A stretch of 64,000 nucleotides of DNA, taken from positions 25,544,001 to 25,608,000 of the forward strand of contig OX597840.1 in the NCBI GenBank assembly GCA_951406725.2, read 5' to 3'. Below, in pieces: positions 12,213 to 24,844 of the stretch (position 1 is its first letter; every line of letters starts with the position of its first letter). A model generated the notes under the pieces. It worked only from the letters and a program-made list of their open reading frames with translations. It did not search any database and had not been told where the DNA came from. Position numbers and translations under genes: made by a program. The DNA comes from Octopus vulgaris. Its lineage: Eukaryota.

Positions 12213-12250
12213 ACAGTTGAAGAAGTTTCAATGACCGAAACCGGTACTGT
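12213..12250 (+). ncRNA. Minimal type-I hammerhead-ribozyme-like motif (Penelope-like remnant)
   Basis: ACAG-TTGAAGA-AGTTTCAATGACC-GAAA-CCGG-TA-CTGT: stem I ACAG/CTGT, palindromic stem III, GUA site; stem II imperfect. Confidence 0.5.
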
Positions 12251-12480
12251 TTTTTATAAAATTATTTTAGCATTTTCTATCTTGACCTTTTTTCCGTATA
12301 TATATATAGGGAGAGTTTACGAAAAAGACGAAGACAGGTGGTGTACAAAACAAACAGATGTATTAGTATAATGCTCAGGAATAGAAAAAGTCTTTTACGT
12401 TTCGAGCCTACGCTCTTATACAGAAAGGGACACAGAAAAAACAAGGAGAGAAAAAAATGTGTAGTGGCTCTATACATATA

Positions 12481-12870
12481 TCTTTATATATAAAAGAGAA
12501 GTTGTGTGTCTGTCTCCTACGATTTAGATTCCTAACTACTCCTACATTTTGCGGTGCAGTTTAACCAAAACCGGGTATCTTATAGTCGTGATTCATATCG
12601 AGCCCTTCTGGGTATTAGCGTGCGTCTACGTTGAGTCTACGATTTTAAAAAATTTACCATTTTTTCCATTTTAATGCATTTTTTCGCTATTATATAAGGG
12701 AAGTAACTCTCTAAAAATGTCTACGATGAGTCAACGATTTAAAAAAAACTTACCATCATTTGTTTTCCATTTTTAATGCATTTTTTTGCTATTTTTTGGC
12801 TATAACTCTCTAAAAATGCTTATATAGTTATTTCCCTTACAAACCCGAGCAACGCCGAGCGATACTGCTA

Positions 12871-12871
<1 letters not shown>
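12481..12871 (+). mobile_element. Complete non-autonomous Helitron (391 bp)
   Basis: A|TCTTTATATATAAAAG start, subterminal GC-rich CCCGAGCAACGCCGAGCG, CTAG|T end, no TSD. Confidence 0.85.
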
Positions 12872-12932
<61 letters not shown>

Positions 12933-14177
12933 CAATTGCAGATGCAGCAAAGAATTTTGTCAGCGAACAGGTCGTGGTCTGAAAGCAATGAAAATATTTT
13001 GGCAAATTAAATTTAAATGTTGAAGCGAATCTAACGGTTTTCGTGTGTTTTTAAATGGCTTATAAACACCTCCCACGCTGCAATTGTTTTTATTTCAGCG
13101 CACGATCTCAGATCAGGTCACTTGCTATGCAAGTACATCTACATACATACATACACATAGTGGAAGTAATAATAGTAAAAGAATAAAAGTGAATCTATAG
13201 CTGTTACTCCGTCGAAGGGTTCACTTTTATTCTTCGAGTTTTGAGACGTGATACGGAACCAGTGCCAATGTTGTGTTTTAATCGAAAAAAGTTACATGTT
13301 GACACTCCTGAGGTGTGATAGTATTAGCATGTAAAATTTGGTTTGATTTGGTTGAGCCGTTTCAGAATGCATTGGGAACAGACAAATATACAAAGGGTTT
13401 TATATATATAGATTATATATTTATTATTATTTGGTTGTTATTTTTTACCCTTATACTATATTTTTATTTTTTAATATTTTTTTTTAATTATTGGCATATA
13501 CATACACAGAATAAATATATATTTCTTAATTTTCTTAGACTAAATCCAATCCATCAACATGTAACCCTTTCTATTGTACTCTAGCCCTGATAATATTCTT
13601 GCCAATATTATTCAAAATGCTATTTTATTCTAATCTTTAGATTTATTTCAATCTTTGAATTTGCAACTATATATTGGACTGAATTGAAACGTTCGTAGGC
13701 TTTATTTGGCAGTATGTTAATAAACTAATTTTATATCTTTACTAACTCTACATTATTCTTCTTTAATCATACTGATACACACACACGCGCATACACATAC
13801 ACTCACACACACACACACACACACACACACGAAATGAAATAAGGAACAGAAATAACCCGGAATGACTAACGTTATTTTGTTAATTTCAGCAACTGTGAAA
13901 GACTATTTCAAGCATGTTCCAGTCTTATCAAGATCTCTTCAGTTAATCACTGACTTCTGCAAACTTAACGAGGTAGCAATGAAGGTGTTCTTAAGTAGAT
14001 GTGTCCCTACCATCTTTAAAAAAAGAGAGCGTTAAATCATGTATGCTCATGGCTTCCTTGCTCATAGGGAAAATACGGCTACGTCTTTTATTGTAGGTTT
14101 ATTCGATTAGGACTGACCTAGGGTCAAACAACAAACAAAAACAATAGTAACAACATCAACAACAACCGTTTACTCAC

Positions 14178-14399
14178 CTTCGGTAGTTCCTGTAGCTCGA
14201 TTTGTGTTGCAAGTATATTCATTTGAACTTAGACAACTTTGCGCATCGGGATTAAAAAGAAACCCAAGAGGACAAGCCATGCGAAGAGGTACGAAGTCGT
14301 TGCACCAGATATAGGTCTGACAAGTACTGAGGAGCGGGTCTGCAAAATAACCCTGTGCCACCGGGCACGGTGCTTGACTTGTGATTGCTGATATCGAAA
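14178..14399 (-). CDS. Exon encoding a chitin-binding type-2 (peritrophin-A/CBM14) domain
   Basis: Six-Cys CPVAQGYFADPLLSTCQTYIWCNDFVPLRMACPLGFLFNPDAQSCLSSNEYTC; acceptor CATCCTACCAG, donor GTGAGT; 222 bp, phase 1-1. Confidence 0.88.
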
Positions 14400-14443
14400 C
14401 TGGTAGGATGAAAATGTAAAAGAAAAATAGTTTTAATCGATTA

Positions 14444-14842
14444 ACTCTTTTACTTGTTTCAGTCATTTGACTGTGGCCATGCTGGAGCACCGCCTTTAGT
14501 CGAGCAAATCGACCCCGGGACTTATTCTTTTGTAAGCCCAGTACTTATTCTATCGGTCTCTTTTGCCGAACCGCTAAATTACGGGGACATAAACACACCA
14601 GCATCGGTTATCAAGCAATGCTAGGGGAACAAACACAGACACACAAACACACACACGCATATATATATATATATATACATATATACGACGGGCTTCTTTC
14701 AGTTTCCGTCTACCAAATCCACTCACAAGGCTTTGGTCGGCCCGAGGCTATAGTAGAAGACACTTACCCAAGGTGCCACGCAGTGGGACTGAACCCAGAA
14801 CCATGTGGTTGGTAAACAAGCTACTTACCACACAGCCACTCA
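14444..14842 (-). mobile_element. SINE family B
   Basis: Reverse complement of the family B copy at 18597-19005. Confidence 0.85.
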
Positions 14843-14902
14843 TGAGAAAGTTTTTTTTTTTTGGTTTGTGGTTTCGATTGAGAGGGAAATAAAAGAAGGG
14901 AC

Positions 14903-15020
14903 GGATCTTTTCAGTTTGAACAGGAGTTTTTCTAGCTGTGTCATATGAAATTGTCACCCATAATTATGACCCTAGTATCGATCTATTGCATTTCAATCTG
15001 TTTTAGGGGTAGGGGAAGGG
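14903..15020. repeat. Dispersed repeat, same family as the palindrome core at 50030-50176
   Basis: GGATCTTTTCAGTTTGAAC...GTCATATGAAATTGTCACCCATAATTATGACCCTAGTA. Confidence 0.75.
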
Positions 15021-15476
15021 TATCTTTTTTTTCTTCAGAAATGTAAATAAACTTGTTCATGATGGCAGAAGCGATTACATATTCAAAGAAACGAGGCGGC
15101 GAGCTGGGCGAGTCGTTAGCCCACCTGACAAAATATTTCGTGGTACAAAATGTTTCGTCCAACTCATTACGTTCTAAGTTCAAATTCGACAAAAAAAAAT
15201 AGCACAAGTGTGGAACGAAGAGGGAGAGGTTAAGTTCTAGGAAGTGTAAGTAATGAAAAAAAAAGGAAAAAATAAGGTGTGACCGAGTGGTGTAAGAGGA
15301 ACGAGAGGAATGTGATGGCAAGAATCTTGAGAGCAACGAAAAATCTAACCTAAAAGCTTTATAAAAGAATAGGTTTAAAGAACTGAATTTTTAGGGTGTA
15401 AGCAACAGCAAACGTTTAAAAATGAAGACAAAACATCATTGGATGATGACTAGATCTTTTAAGTGTCAACTATATA

Positions 15477-15752
15477 CCTATTTCTTTACTACCCACAAGG
15501 GGCTAAACACAGAGGGGACAAACAAGGACAGACAAACGGATTAAGTCGATTACATCGACCCCAGTGCGTAACTGGTACTTAATTTATCGATCCCGAAAGG
15601 ATGAAGGGCAAAGTCGACCTCGGCGGAATTTGAACTCAGAACGTAGCGGCAGACGAAATACCTATTTCTTTACTACCCACAAGGGGCTAAACATAGAGAG
15701 GACAAACAAGGACAGACATAGGTATTAAGACGATTACATCGACCCCAGTGCA
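15477..15752 (-). mobile_element. SINE family A multimer fragment
   Basis: Contains the GAAATA|GGTATTTC junction at ~15662 on minus strand. Confidence 0.8.
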
Positions 15753-15934
15753 GATCTATTTCTAGCATAAGGGTATCCACATAGTGGTTTCCCTCTAATA
15801 TGTATATAATACAATTTTACTGAACCTTCAGTTTTTGTATATGCTAGACCACTTGTGTGAAATCGATGTTAATTAAATTAATATCTAATTTCTCACCCTC
15901 ATTTTAAATTTATATATATATATATATATATATT

Positions 15935-16125
15935 CTTTTATTTGTTTCAGTCATTTGACTGCGGCCATGCTAGAGCACCGCGTTCAGTCAAGCAAATCGA
16001 CCCCAGGACTTATTCTTTGTAAGCCTAGTACTTATTCTATCGTTCTCTCTAGCAAAACCGCTAAGTGACGGGGACGTAAACACACCAACATCGGTTGTCA
16101 AGCGATGTTGGGGACACACACACAC

Positions 16126-16156
<31 letters not shown>

Positions 16157-16326
16157 TATATACGACAGACTTCTTTCAGTTTCCGTCTACTAAATCCATT
16201 CAGAAGGCTTCGGTTGGCCCGAGGCTATTGTAGAAGAAACTTGCCCCAGGTGCCACGCAGTGGGACTGGACCCGGAACCATGTGGTTGGTAAGCAAGCTA
16301 CTTACCACACAGCCACTCATGCGCCT
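15935..16326 (-). mobile_element. SINE family B
   Basis: Reverse complement of family B sequence. Confidence 0.85.
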
Positions 16327-16485
16327 ATATATATGTGTGTGTGTGTGTGTGTGTCTGTTAAAGAAATATTAGGAGTATATATATATATATACATACATAC
16401 ACACAGTATTTTTATCCAAACTTGAACACCGCTTTTTCTTAATATATAAAAAAAATCTGTATACCACTTGAAACAATCTTTACGT

Positions 16486-16523
<38 letters not shown>

Positions 16524-16852
16524 TCAAATCGAATATTAAAAATAAGAAATAACAAAGCAAAGACGTACACATGGAATACTGGAATACATATATACATACA
16601 TACATACATACATACATACATACTTATGAGTTTGTCTATGCGTGTACACACATGTTTAAATACGACTAGGTATATCTAATATGTTAGTTTATGTCGTTTA
16701 ACATAATAGTGTTGTTGTCGTTCAACTCCAAGTTTCGTCTTGATCTAGAAGACAACGAACAAAGAAATCTCAATCATTATCTTCCGTCTTGTTTCCTTGT
16801 TTCTTTTGGTAGGTCGGAGGAAGGGGCGGTGTCTCATAATATAGGGCAACAT

Positions 16853-17255
16853 TAAGGGCGGCGAGCTGGCCAGAAACGTTAGCATGCCGGGCGAAATGCT
16901 TTGGCGTATTTCGTCTGTCTTTACGTACTGAATTCAAATTCCGCCGAGGTCGACTTTGCCTTTCATCCTTTCGGGGTCGATTAACTAAGTACCAGTTACG
17001 CACTGGGGTCGATATAATCGACTTAATCCGTTTGTCTGTCCTTGTTTGTCCTCTGTGTTTAGCCCCTTGTGGGTAGTAAAGAAATAGGTATTTCGTCTGC
17101 CGTTACGTTCTGAGTTCAAATTCCGCCGAGGTCGACTTTGCCTTTCATCCTTTCGGGATCGATAAACTAAGTAACAGTTTCGTACTGGGGTCGATCTAAT
17201 CGACTGGCCCTCCCTACCCAAAAATTTCGGGCTTTGTGTCTAGAGTAGAAAAGAA
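16853..17255 (+). mobile_element. SINE family A dimer; second unit has a different tail
   Basis: Junction GAAATA|GGTATTTC at 17086; second unit ends CGACTGGCCCTCCC...AGTAGAAAAGAAT. Confidence 0.8.
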
Positions 17256-17306
17256 TATAGGGCAGCATTAAACTATCCTTCTTGAAACTTTTAAGATTGT
17301 AAAGTA

Positions 17307-17828
17307 CCGTAAATCTTCGAGTATAGTCCGCCCTTGAGTATAATACGCAGGGGATTTTTAGGGGCCTATACATCTGAAAAACCTAAACCTTGTGTATAAT
17401 ATACACCACTCCTCTAACTTGAGTCGTGCGTAATTAAGCCAGCAGCACCTAGTCAAACAAACACTTCCGCGCATGCGTAATACAATAATGGTGATGTTCT
17501 CAACTGTTATATGGGAATGTAAATAGGTTTGCGAATTATTTTTGATAGATGTTATTCTGTGTTCTGAATATCTTTATTTTAATAAATGTTGCTTACTGCA
17601 AGTTATGGATGATTCCTTTATGACTTCCTTGCTTTCAGGCTTAGCTTAACGTATTTTCGCGCCCGACATCACAAAATGCGTCTGAATAAACATAACCGGA
17701 TTGCAAATAAAGACTCGGACATTGCTTAGAAAATATTTTTCATTTTTAACCTCGTATATAGTACGCAATAGGGATATTGACCTTTACATTTTGGAAGGAA
17801 AATGCGGATTATACTCGAGTATTTACGG
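17307..17828. mobile_element. Tc1/mariner-pogo-type MITE
   Basis: TA|CCGTAAATCTTCGAGTATAGTCCGC ... GCGGATTATACTCGAGTATTTACGG|TA inverted termini with TA duplication. Confidence 0.85.
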
Positions 17829-17985
17829 TATGATCTGCGGAAAATATTTACTATTTCTAGCAGGTGTACACAACTGGTAACTGGAATAAAATGAAAAACA
17901 ATAGACGCAAGGATTATATTTTTCTATTAGTGAAAGTTGCATAGAAAAAGAAAAAAAAAACAAGATGAAAATCAAATATACCTAC

Positions 17986-18022
17986 CCAACATAATATTAA
18001 TAAAAAGAAGAAATTTTACCAT
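17986..18022 (-). CDS. First coding exon (signal peptide) of the chitin-binding gene
   Basis: MVKFLLFINIML + G|GTAGGT donor; phase-1 splice to 14399 gives MVKFLLFINIMLVSISA-ITSQAPC. Confidence 0.7.
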
Positions 18023-18596
18023 GATCTGAACTCCGTTATATCCTTATGAACTTTATTTTCTCAACTGTGAATCTCATCCGGTAGAAACCGATATTTAAAC
18101 TGATTCCGGTAATGACATTCTTGTCAAAAGTTCAAAGAGTTCCACAGTAGATGTTTGTTTGCACCGCTGAGCGATTTATTAGTCAAAGATTACCGTCTTT
18201 AGTCGCACACATTCCAGAATTCAAAGTGGTGGTGTATGTCCCCATAGCTAGCAGTTTGGCAAAAGACACCGATAAAGTGCCAGGCTTTAAAAAAAGATAA
18301 GTACAGGGGTCAATTCATTGGACTGAAAATTTTTCAAGGCGATGCCCCAGCATGGCCGTAATCTAATGACTGAAACAAGTAAAAGAATAAAAGATAAATA
18401 ATAACGCTGTTGAATTTCTTACTAAAATTATTAATGCTGGGTGGTCAGCTACATGGAACGTCTCTGCTTGTCTGAATGTCGTCGTAGAGGATTTCCTGTT
18501 CCAAAGTGTTATATATATCTTTTACTTGTTGTTTCTTTTATTTTTATATCTTTTTTGTACTTAGAAATGTCTGGACAAATGGTGAGAGAAGTAAAT

Positions 18597-19005
18597 AGGC
18601 GCAGGAGTGGCTGTGTGGTAAGTAGCTTGCTAACCAACCACATGGTTCCGGGTTCAGTCCCACTGCGTGGCATCTTGGGCAAGTGTCTTCTGCTATAGCC
18701 CCGGGCCGACCAATGCCTTGTGAGTGGATTTGGTAGACGGAAACTGAAAGAAGCCTGTCGTATATATATGTATATATATATATAAGTGTGTGTGTATGTT
18801 TGTGTGTCTGTGTTTGTCCCCCTAGCATTGCTTGACAACCGATGCTGGTGTGTTTACGTCCCCGTTACTTAGCGGTTCGGCAAAAGAGACCGATAGAATA
18901 AGTACTGGGCTTACAAAGAATAAGTACCGGGGTCGATTTGCTCGACTAAAGGCGGTGCTCCAGCATGGCCGCAGTCAAATGACTGAAACAAGTAAACTGA
19001 GTAAA
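18597..19005 (+). mobile_element. SINE family B, full length
   Basis: Complete head, body and tail. Confidence 0.88.
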
Positions 19006-19479
19006 AAAGAGAGGTGCATATACGGAGATGTGGACCAGAAGTTCGCTTCGTCGTTAATAAGAATCGGGTTTTATCGCGCAGCGTGGCTCTTTCATTTTCC
19101 AGAGATGTAGAGTTTGTGTGAGTGTGTGTGTATGTGCGCATGTGCATGTGCTTATCCATGTTTGTGTGCTTGTGTGTGTGTGTGTGTGCGTGTGTGTGTA
19201 TGTGCTTATCCATGTGTGCATGTGCTTGTGTGTGTACGTGTAAATCGATCCTTGAGTTTCACACTTCCCTTTCACTTTTGTCGTTACTTCAGATTAACAA
19301 AAATGGAGTGAAATGTTGAACTTGAGGATCGACTATGCCCGAAAGGCTCTCTGAATAGCATGCCTAACAAACAAATAAAAAATGTACTTTGAAACTTTCT
19401 TTTTTTAGTAATGCTGCCCACCAGATGAGGAACCATGTCTCATGTCATCTGCTTCTCGAAAAAGGTTCCCATGCCCATA

Positions 19480-20798
19480 GGCGCAGGAGTGGCTGTGTGG
19501 TAAGTAGCTCGCTTCCCATGAGGCTTTGAGACTTCCCATGATTCTTTGTTGTCGGTGTGCGCATGTGCGATTGTGTTGCACACTGAAGAAGTCATGTCTT
19601 TCGTGAAAAATTGACCCTATGGACCCAATCAGCAAAAGATCTGGTTTTACCAGATTTTTTAACAATGGCCGGTTCCAAGTAACCGGTGATGGTTGAGGGA
19701 TGCCCCCCCCCAAGTGTCAACTGTGCCTGGAATCAGTACACATAAGGAAAAACTGTCGCCGGGACCAGGCAAAGGTCCTGGAACAGTTAATCGATGAAGA
19801 ACTCCCTGGTCCCCCAACGGAGCCCCCTGCTCCTTCATTGGAGGGAGAGAGGGAGAGAGTCGAGGAGGAGGCAACCCCCTTGAAAAAAGGAACAAAAAGA
19901 AGGTGGGCAATAATGGTTGCCCACCGATGGATCTCGAGGCGGCGTGAAAAAAGGAAAAGAAAAAAGAAAATCGGGGCATCACCGGCGGCGGCATGCCTCG
20001 AAACCCCTTTGGTGGGATTGTCACCGGAGGGAGAGAAGATGGAAACCTCGTTGGTACGATGTGTGCCACCGACCGAGGGAGTGGAGGCCCCTCCCGATGC
20101 AGGTGTGGAAAGATATGTGTTCTTCTATCACAGTGGAGGGGCCATTGATAATTATGTGGAAAATATCCTTCAGAGTCGAGATCTAATAGAACCGACTTGC
20201 ATGGACAGACCAGAGTGGCCTCCGCAGGTGGCTGCTCTGCTACAGGAAAAAGAGGATTTATTTCACACACCAGACTCCTTCCCAAAGGAGGATTATAGAA
20301 TATTTTCTTGGTACCCCGATTTGCGGATGCAGGAATGCCTGCAGGTCGCAAGAGAATTAATCGGGGACATGAGGTAAGGGGTTCATCGCCTCAATATGTG
20401 TCTTATTTGTGTTTTAAATTGTAATGGACTTCTTAGTCCAAAAATAGTAGAAATATTGCAAATTGTAAGAGGGTTATTACCTCAATATGTGTCTGTTTTT
20501 AAAAGAACAATGTTTTAGAGAAGCAAAAGTCGGCGGGCGCTTTTCGTCTTCTCCCGTTCTTATACTTGTATCATTATCATTCACCTCATTAATGTCCTTG
20601 TCCAGCCCGCAAGCTACATTACTCTATGTACTGCCTTTATGGCAAATTCGATAAAATAAAGTAGCTTGCTTACCAACCACATGGTTCCTGGTTCAGTCCC
20701 ACTGCGTGGCACCTTGGGCAAGTGTCTTCTACTATAGCCTCGAGCCGACCAAAGCCTTGTGAGTGGATTGGGTAGACGGAAACTGAAAGAAGCCCGAC

Positions 20799-20843
<45 letters not shown>

Positions 20844-21037
20844 TCCCTCCCACCATTGCTTGACAACCGATGCTGGTGTGTTTACGTCCTCGTAACTTAG
20901 CGGTTCGACAAAAGAGACCGATAGAATAAGTACTAGGCTTACAAAGAATAAGTCCTGGTGTCGATTTGCTCGACTAAAGGCGGTGCTCCAGCATGGCCGC
21001 AGTCAAATGACTGAAACAAGTAAAAGAGTAAAGAGAG
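19480..21037 (+). mobile_element. SINE family B split by an ORF1-only insert (about 19517-20658; ORF 19700-20377)
   Basis: TSD AAGTAGCTyGCTT (19502-19514, 20659-20671); insert encodes CQLCLESVHIRKNC knuckle, then UTR and A-rich end. Confidence 0.75.
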
Positions 21038-21399
21038 TATGTCCATCCTACCAGCTATTTCTTGATATATAGGAATCTACAGAGCCCAATACACCCAGGT
21101 AAAGCAATAATTATGCCAAATCCAGAAGACATCTGACTGATTGATAAGCAAATGGCAACTGCCTAGCAGCATCGTTGTTATTGTCTGCGTCTCCGGTTCT
21201 TAGATCCCGGCAAGTGAGAGTCCACTTAATTTCAGCAAGAACGTAGAATTAACATGTGAGTTGTTAACCTATGTATCTATGTATATATGTATGATTTAGG
21301 AAAGGCATATTCATCATTTTACAAATACGTCACAAAATCTGCTTAAAGTTTTTCAAAGTATATTCAATGTTTTATCTTCGTATTTTCTGTGAACTATTG

Positions 21400-21563
21400 C
21401 CGTAAATCCTCAAGTATAGTCCGCCCTTGAGTATAATACGCAGGGGATTTTTAGGGGCCTATACATCTGAAAACCCTAAACCTTGTGTATAATACGCACC
21501 ACTTCTCTTTTGACCTTTAAATTTTTTGGAGGGCAAATGCGGATTATACTCGAGGATTTACGG
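21400..21563. mobile_element. Internally deleted copy of the 17307-17828 MITE
   Basis: Same TIRs and first ~100 bp. Confidence 0.85.
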
Positions 21564-22004
21564 TACTTTTTAACAAGTGTTGATATATTGAAGCAAGAAG
21601 ACAATAAGAATATTTTAATTTTATTTTTTTAATTCGTAGCTAATTTATAAATTTGATTCTTGAGGCCAATGCTTGTCTCTACAACGCTTGGAGTCGTCCG
21701 TGCCCTTCCTTCGCTTGTTTATTACACATCCTCCGACTTAAATTTCAATAAGGGGCGGGTAGGGAGCATGGATATAGATGAGGTCTCTAATGTACCTTTA
21801 GGATGAAGAGAGCAATTTTTGAAATTTTGTTGAATATGCTGCTCCTTCAGCGAACTTCCGAACGCGTGAGTGATATGTCTGCAGTGTGTGTTGATAACTT
21901 GGTACAATAGTTGGAGACCTCTGGCATATATTGTGAATACATATTAGAAAAGCATAACCTTTGGAAACTTTCACTTCCTTTTTCTGTTATAAGAGCTTTC
22001 GTGT

Positions 22005-22580
22005 CTCTTGCTTTCCGTCTACCACTCCACTCACAAGGCTTTCGTTGACTCGAGGCTATAGTAGAAGACACTTAAGGCGGCGAGCTGGCAGAATCGTTAG
22101 CACGTCGGGCGAAATGCTTAGCGGTATTTCGGCTGCCGTTACGTTGTGAGTTCAAATTCCGCCGAGGTCGACTTTGCCTTTCATCCTTTCGGGGTCGATA
22201 AATTAAGTACCAGTTACGCACTGGGGTCGATGTAATCGACTTAATACCTATGTCTGTCCTTGTTTGTCCCCTCTGTGTTTAGCCCCTTGTGGGTAATAAA
22301 GAAATAGGTATTTCGTCTGTCGTTACGTTCTGAGTTCAAATTCCGCCGAGGTCGACTTTGCCTTTCATCCTTTCGGGTACGATAAATAAAGTACCAGTTT
22401 CGCACTGGGGTCGATGTAATCGACTTAATCCGTTTGTCTGTCCTTGTTTGTCCCCTCTGTGTTTAGCCCCTTGTAAAGAAATATATAGTAGAAGACACTT
22501 GCCTAAAGTGCCACGCAGTGGGACTGAACCCGGAACCATGTGGCTGGTAAGCAAGCTACTTACCACACAGCCACTTCTGC
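22005..22580. mobile_element. SINE A dimer (+, 22074-22483) nested in a SINE B (-)
   Basis: 17-bp TSD TATAGTAGAAGACACTT. Confidence 0.85.
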
Positions 22581-22597
22581 ACCAATAAAAAAAAGTG

Positions 22598-22657
22598 TTC
22601 CCATGCCGGGAATCGAACCCGTACCGCCTGGGTGAGAGCCATGAATCCAAACTACTA
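22598..22657 (-). pseudogene. tRNA-Glu(CTC) pseudogene lacking the 5' acceptor strand
   Basis: GGATTCATGGCTCTCACCCAGGCGGTACGGGTTCGATTCCCGGCATGGGAA followed by a T-run; first ~12 nt absent. Confidence 0.75.
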
Positions 22658-23413
22658 TATAAAAATAAATTAGCTTTATTAGAGTATATCAAATTTTGTT
22701 TAAGAAAATATCGCCTTTAATGGTTCTTTCCAGGTTCTAAAAAATTAGGATATTCAAGAACTACGCGCGGGTCGATTTACTATTCATATCTCAAAGTTTT
22801 GTTATTGTAGCTATGTTTGAAATGAAAATGACGGTGGCCCATGGGGCATAAAGTGTCGTGCTGTGTTAAGTGACTTCTCTTTAGATACTGAATTCAGATC
22901 CAACCTGGAACAAAAATTAAAAGTACCAGTAATATACTCTGTCGATATGACTCCGTTGCAACAACTCCACATCTAACATCAGTACGTGTAATCTTATGTT
23001 GTAGTCTATGTTCATTCCAGAATAGAATCCAGTTGGAAATTTTTTTCCAAGGGAAATAACTGTTGTTTATTAATTCAAGGTAGATAGTCTCCCCTGGTAG
23101 TTCCTTCTACCCAGCCAACTACCGTTCTATTGTTAACCCTTCTAACATCTCTGAGGTAATGGAAGCAGCTATTAATAATGATGTTCTCCAACAGTGTGAA
23201 CCTCTCTTTCCCGCTCTCTCTCTCCTTCTCTCTCTCTCCTTCTCTCTCTCTCCCCGTTAGAACTTAGAGTCAGTCAGTATAGATGCACTTCTTGTCAGTT
23301 ACAGCCAGTTCTTTTTTTTTTACCTGAAAGGATGTAAGATTTTGCTGTCGCCTTCATTTTTCTTCTGCCAACTTTCTGTGTGTGCGCGCGTGTGTGCGCG
23401 CGTGTGTGTGCGC

Positions 23414-23458
<45 letters not shown>

Positions 23459-23890
23459 AAATACTCCAGTGAAAAATAATTATTACAAAATAAGCAACAA
23501 CTCAGAAAAAAAAATCTAAGCAAAGTTCAACAAATCGCTTAAAAAATAAAATAAAACGAAATTTTAAAAATGTCAGCAGCCTAAGGAAATGCTACTGTTA
23601 CAGATGATACAATAAACGCAGAATATCGGAAACACGAGAATTGCTTTTCAGTGTAGCCCTAGAAAGCGATATATTCACATTAGGTACATCTTTGATAATA
23701 AGTCTTAAGCGGAAAATAAAATAGAATATATTATAATCAAGGGACATTACTCTTTTCTTGAGAGCGTATTTATTTCCCTTGTTGCAAATCTGAAGCGATG
23801 ACACACAGCACGACCGCAACTGCTAAGTGTTACCACCTGGGAAGGTCTTGCAATATTTGACGGAACACTTGCCATGAAGATGAATCTGCA

Positions 23891-23954
<64 letters not shown>

Positions 23955-24209
23955 TAGTGTGTTTATTTGATCAAATTTAATGATGAGCGAGCAGCTGTTT
24001 AAAACAAAAATAGATGAGAAGATAAAGATGAGTGGATGAAATGAAGAAACACAATAGCCAAAGGTGTCCAAATTAACCATTCTCGTTCAATATTGAGAAC
24101 AGCAACTCTTCCTCTGCCTACCACTCAAGCCGTGCATCTGAAACCACACAACTGGCAATATTTTGCCGACCCCCATATGCGTAGTACCCCAGTATTATTG
24201 GATTACCAT

Positions 24210-24627
24210 AAGGCGGCGAGCTGGCAGGAACGTTAGCACGCCGGCCAAAATGCCTTGCGGTATTTCGTCCGCCGCTGCGTTCTGAGTTCAAATTCCGCCG
24301 AGGTCGACTTTGCCTTTCATTCTTTCGGGGTCGATAAATTAAGTACCAGTTACGCACTGGGGTCGATATAATCGACTTAATCCGTTTGTCTATCCTTGTT
24401 TGTCCCCTCTGTGTTTAACCCCTTGGGTGTAGTAAAGAAATAGGCATTTCATCCGCCGCTACGTTCTGAGTTCAAATTCCGCCGAGGTCGACTTTGCCTT
24501 TCATCCTTTCGGGGTCAATTAAATAAGTACCAGTTACGCACTGGGGTCGATATAATCGACTTAATCAGTTTGTCTGTCCTTGTTTGTCCCCTCTATGTTT
24601 AGCCCCTTGTGGGGTAGTAAAGAAATA
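24210..24627 (+). mobile_element. SINE family A dimer
   Basis: 16-bp TSD ATTATTGGATTACCAT; junction at 24442. Confidence 0.88.
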
Positions 24628-24844
24628 ATTATTGGATTACCATGATTCTATTGGTCCGTTCATAGTTCTTGAGGAGGGGACTCTGTGGGGGGTGGTCTTG
24701 CCGGTTGTCGAAAATCACCCCCCTCACCGACAACTAAACTGGTAGAATCACAAGTTCAGTTGTCGGCGACAAAAACATGCAGCGGATTGCACTGATTCTG
24801 GGTTAACAACAGGATTCTCGCGTGACATAATTGCACGTATACAA

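Noticed and set aside
13864-13975. Plus-strand exon with GACTAAC branch point and TTTCAG acceptor
   Set aside because: Weak donor, no partner exons or recognisable peptide
15001-15021. Interstitial telomere-like TTAGGGGTAGGGG
   Set aside because: Short, degenerate and part of a dispersed repeat
22598-22657. Functional tRNA-Glu gene
   Set aside because: 5' acceptor strand missing and stems mismatched
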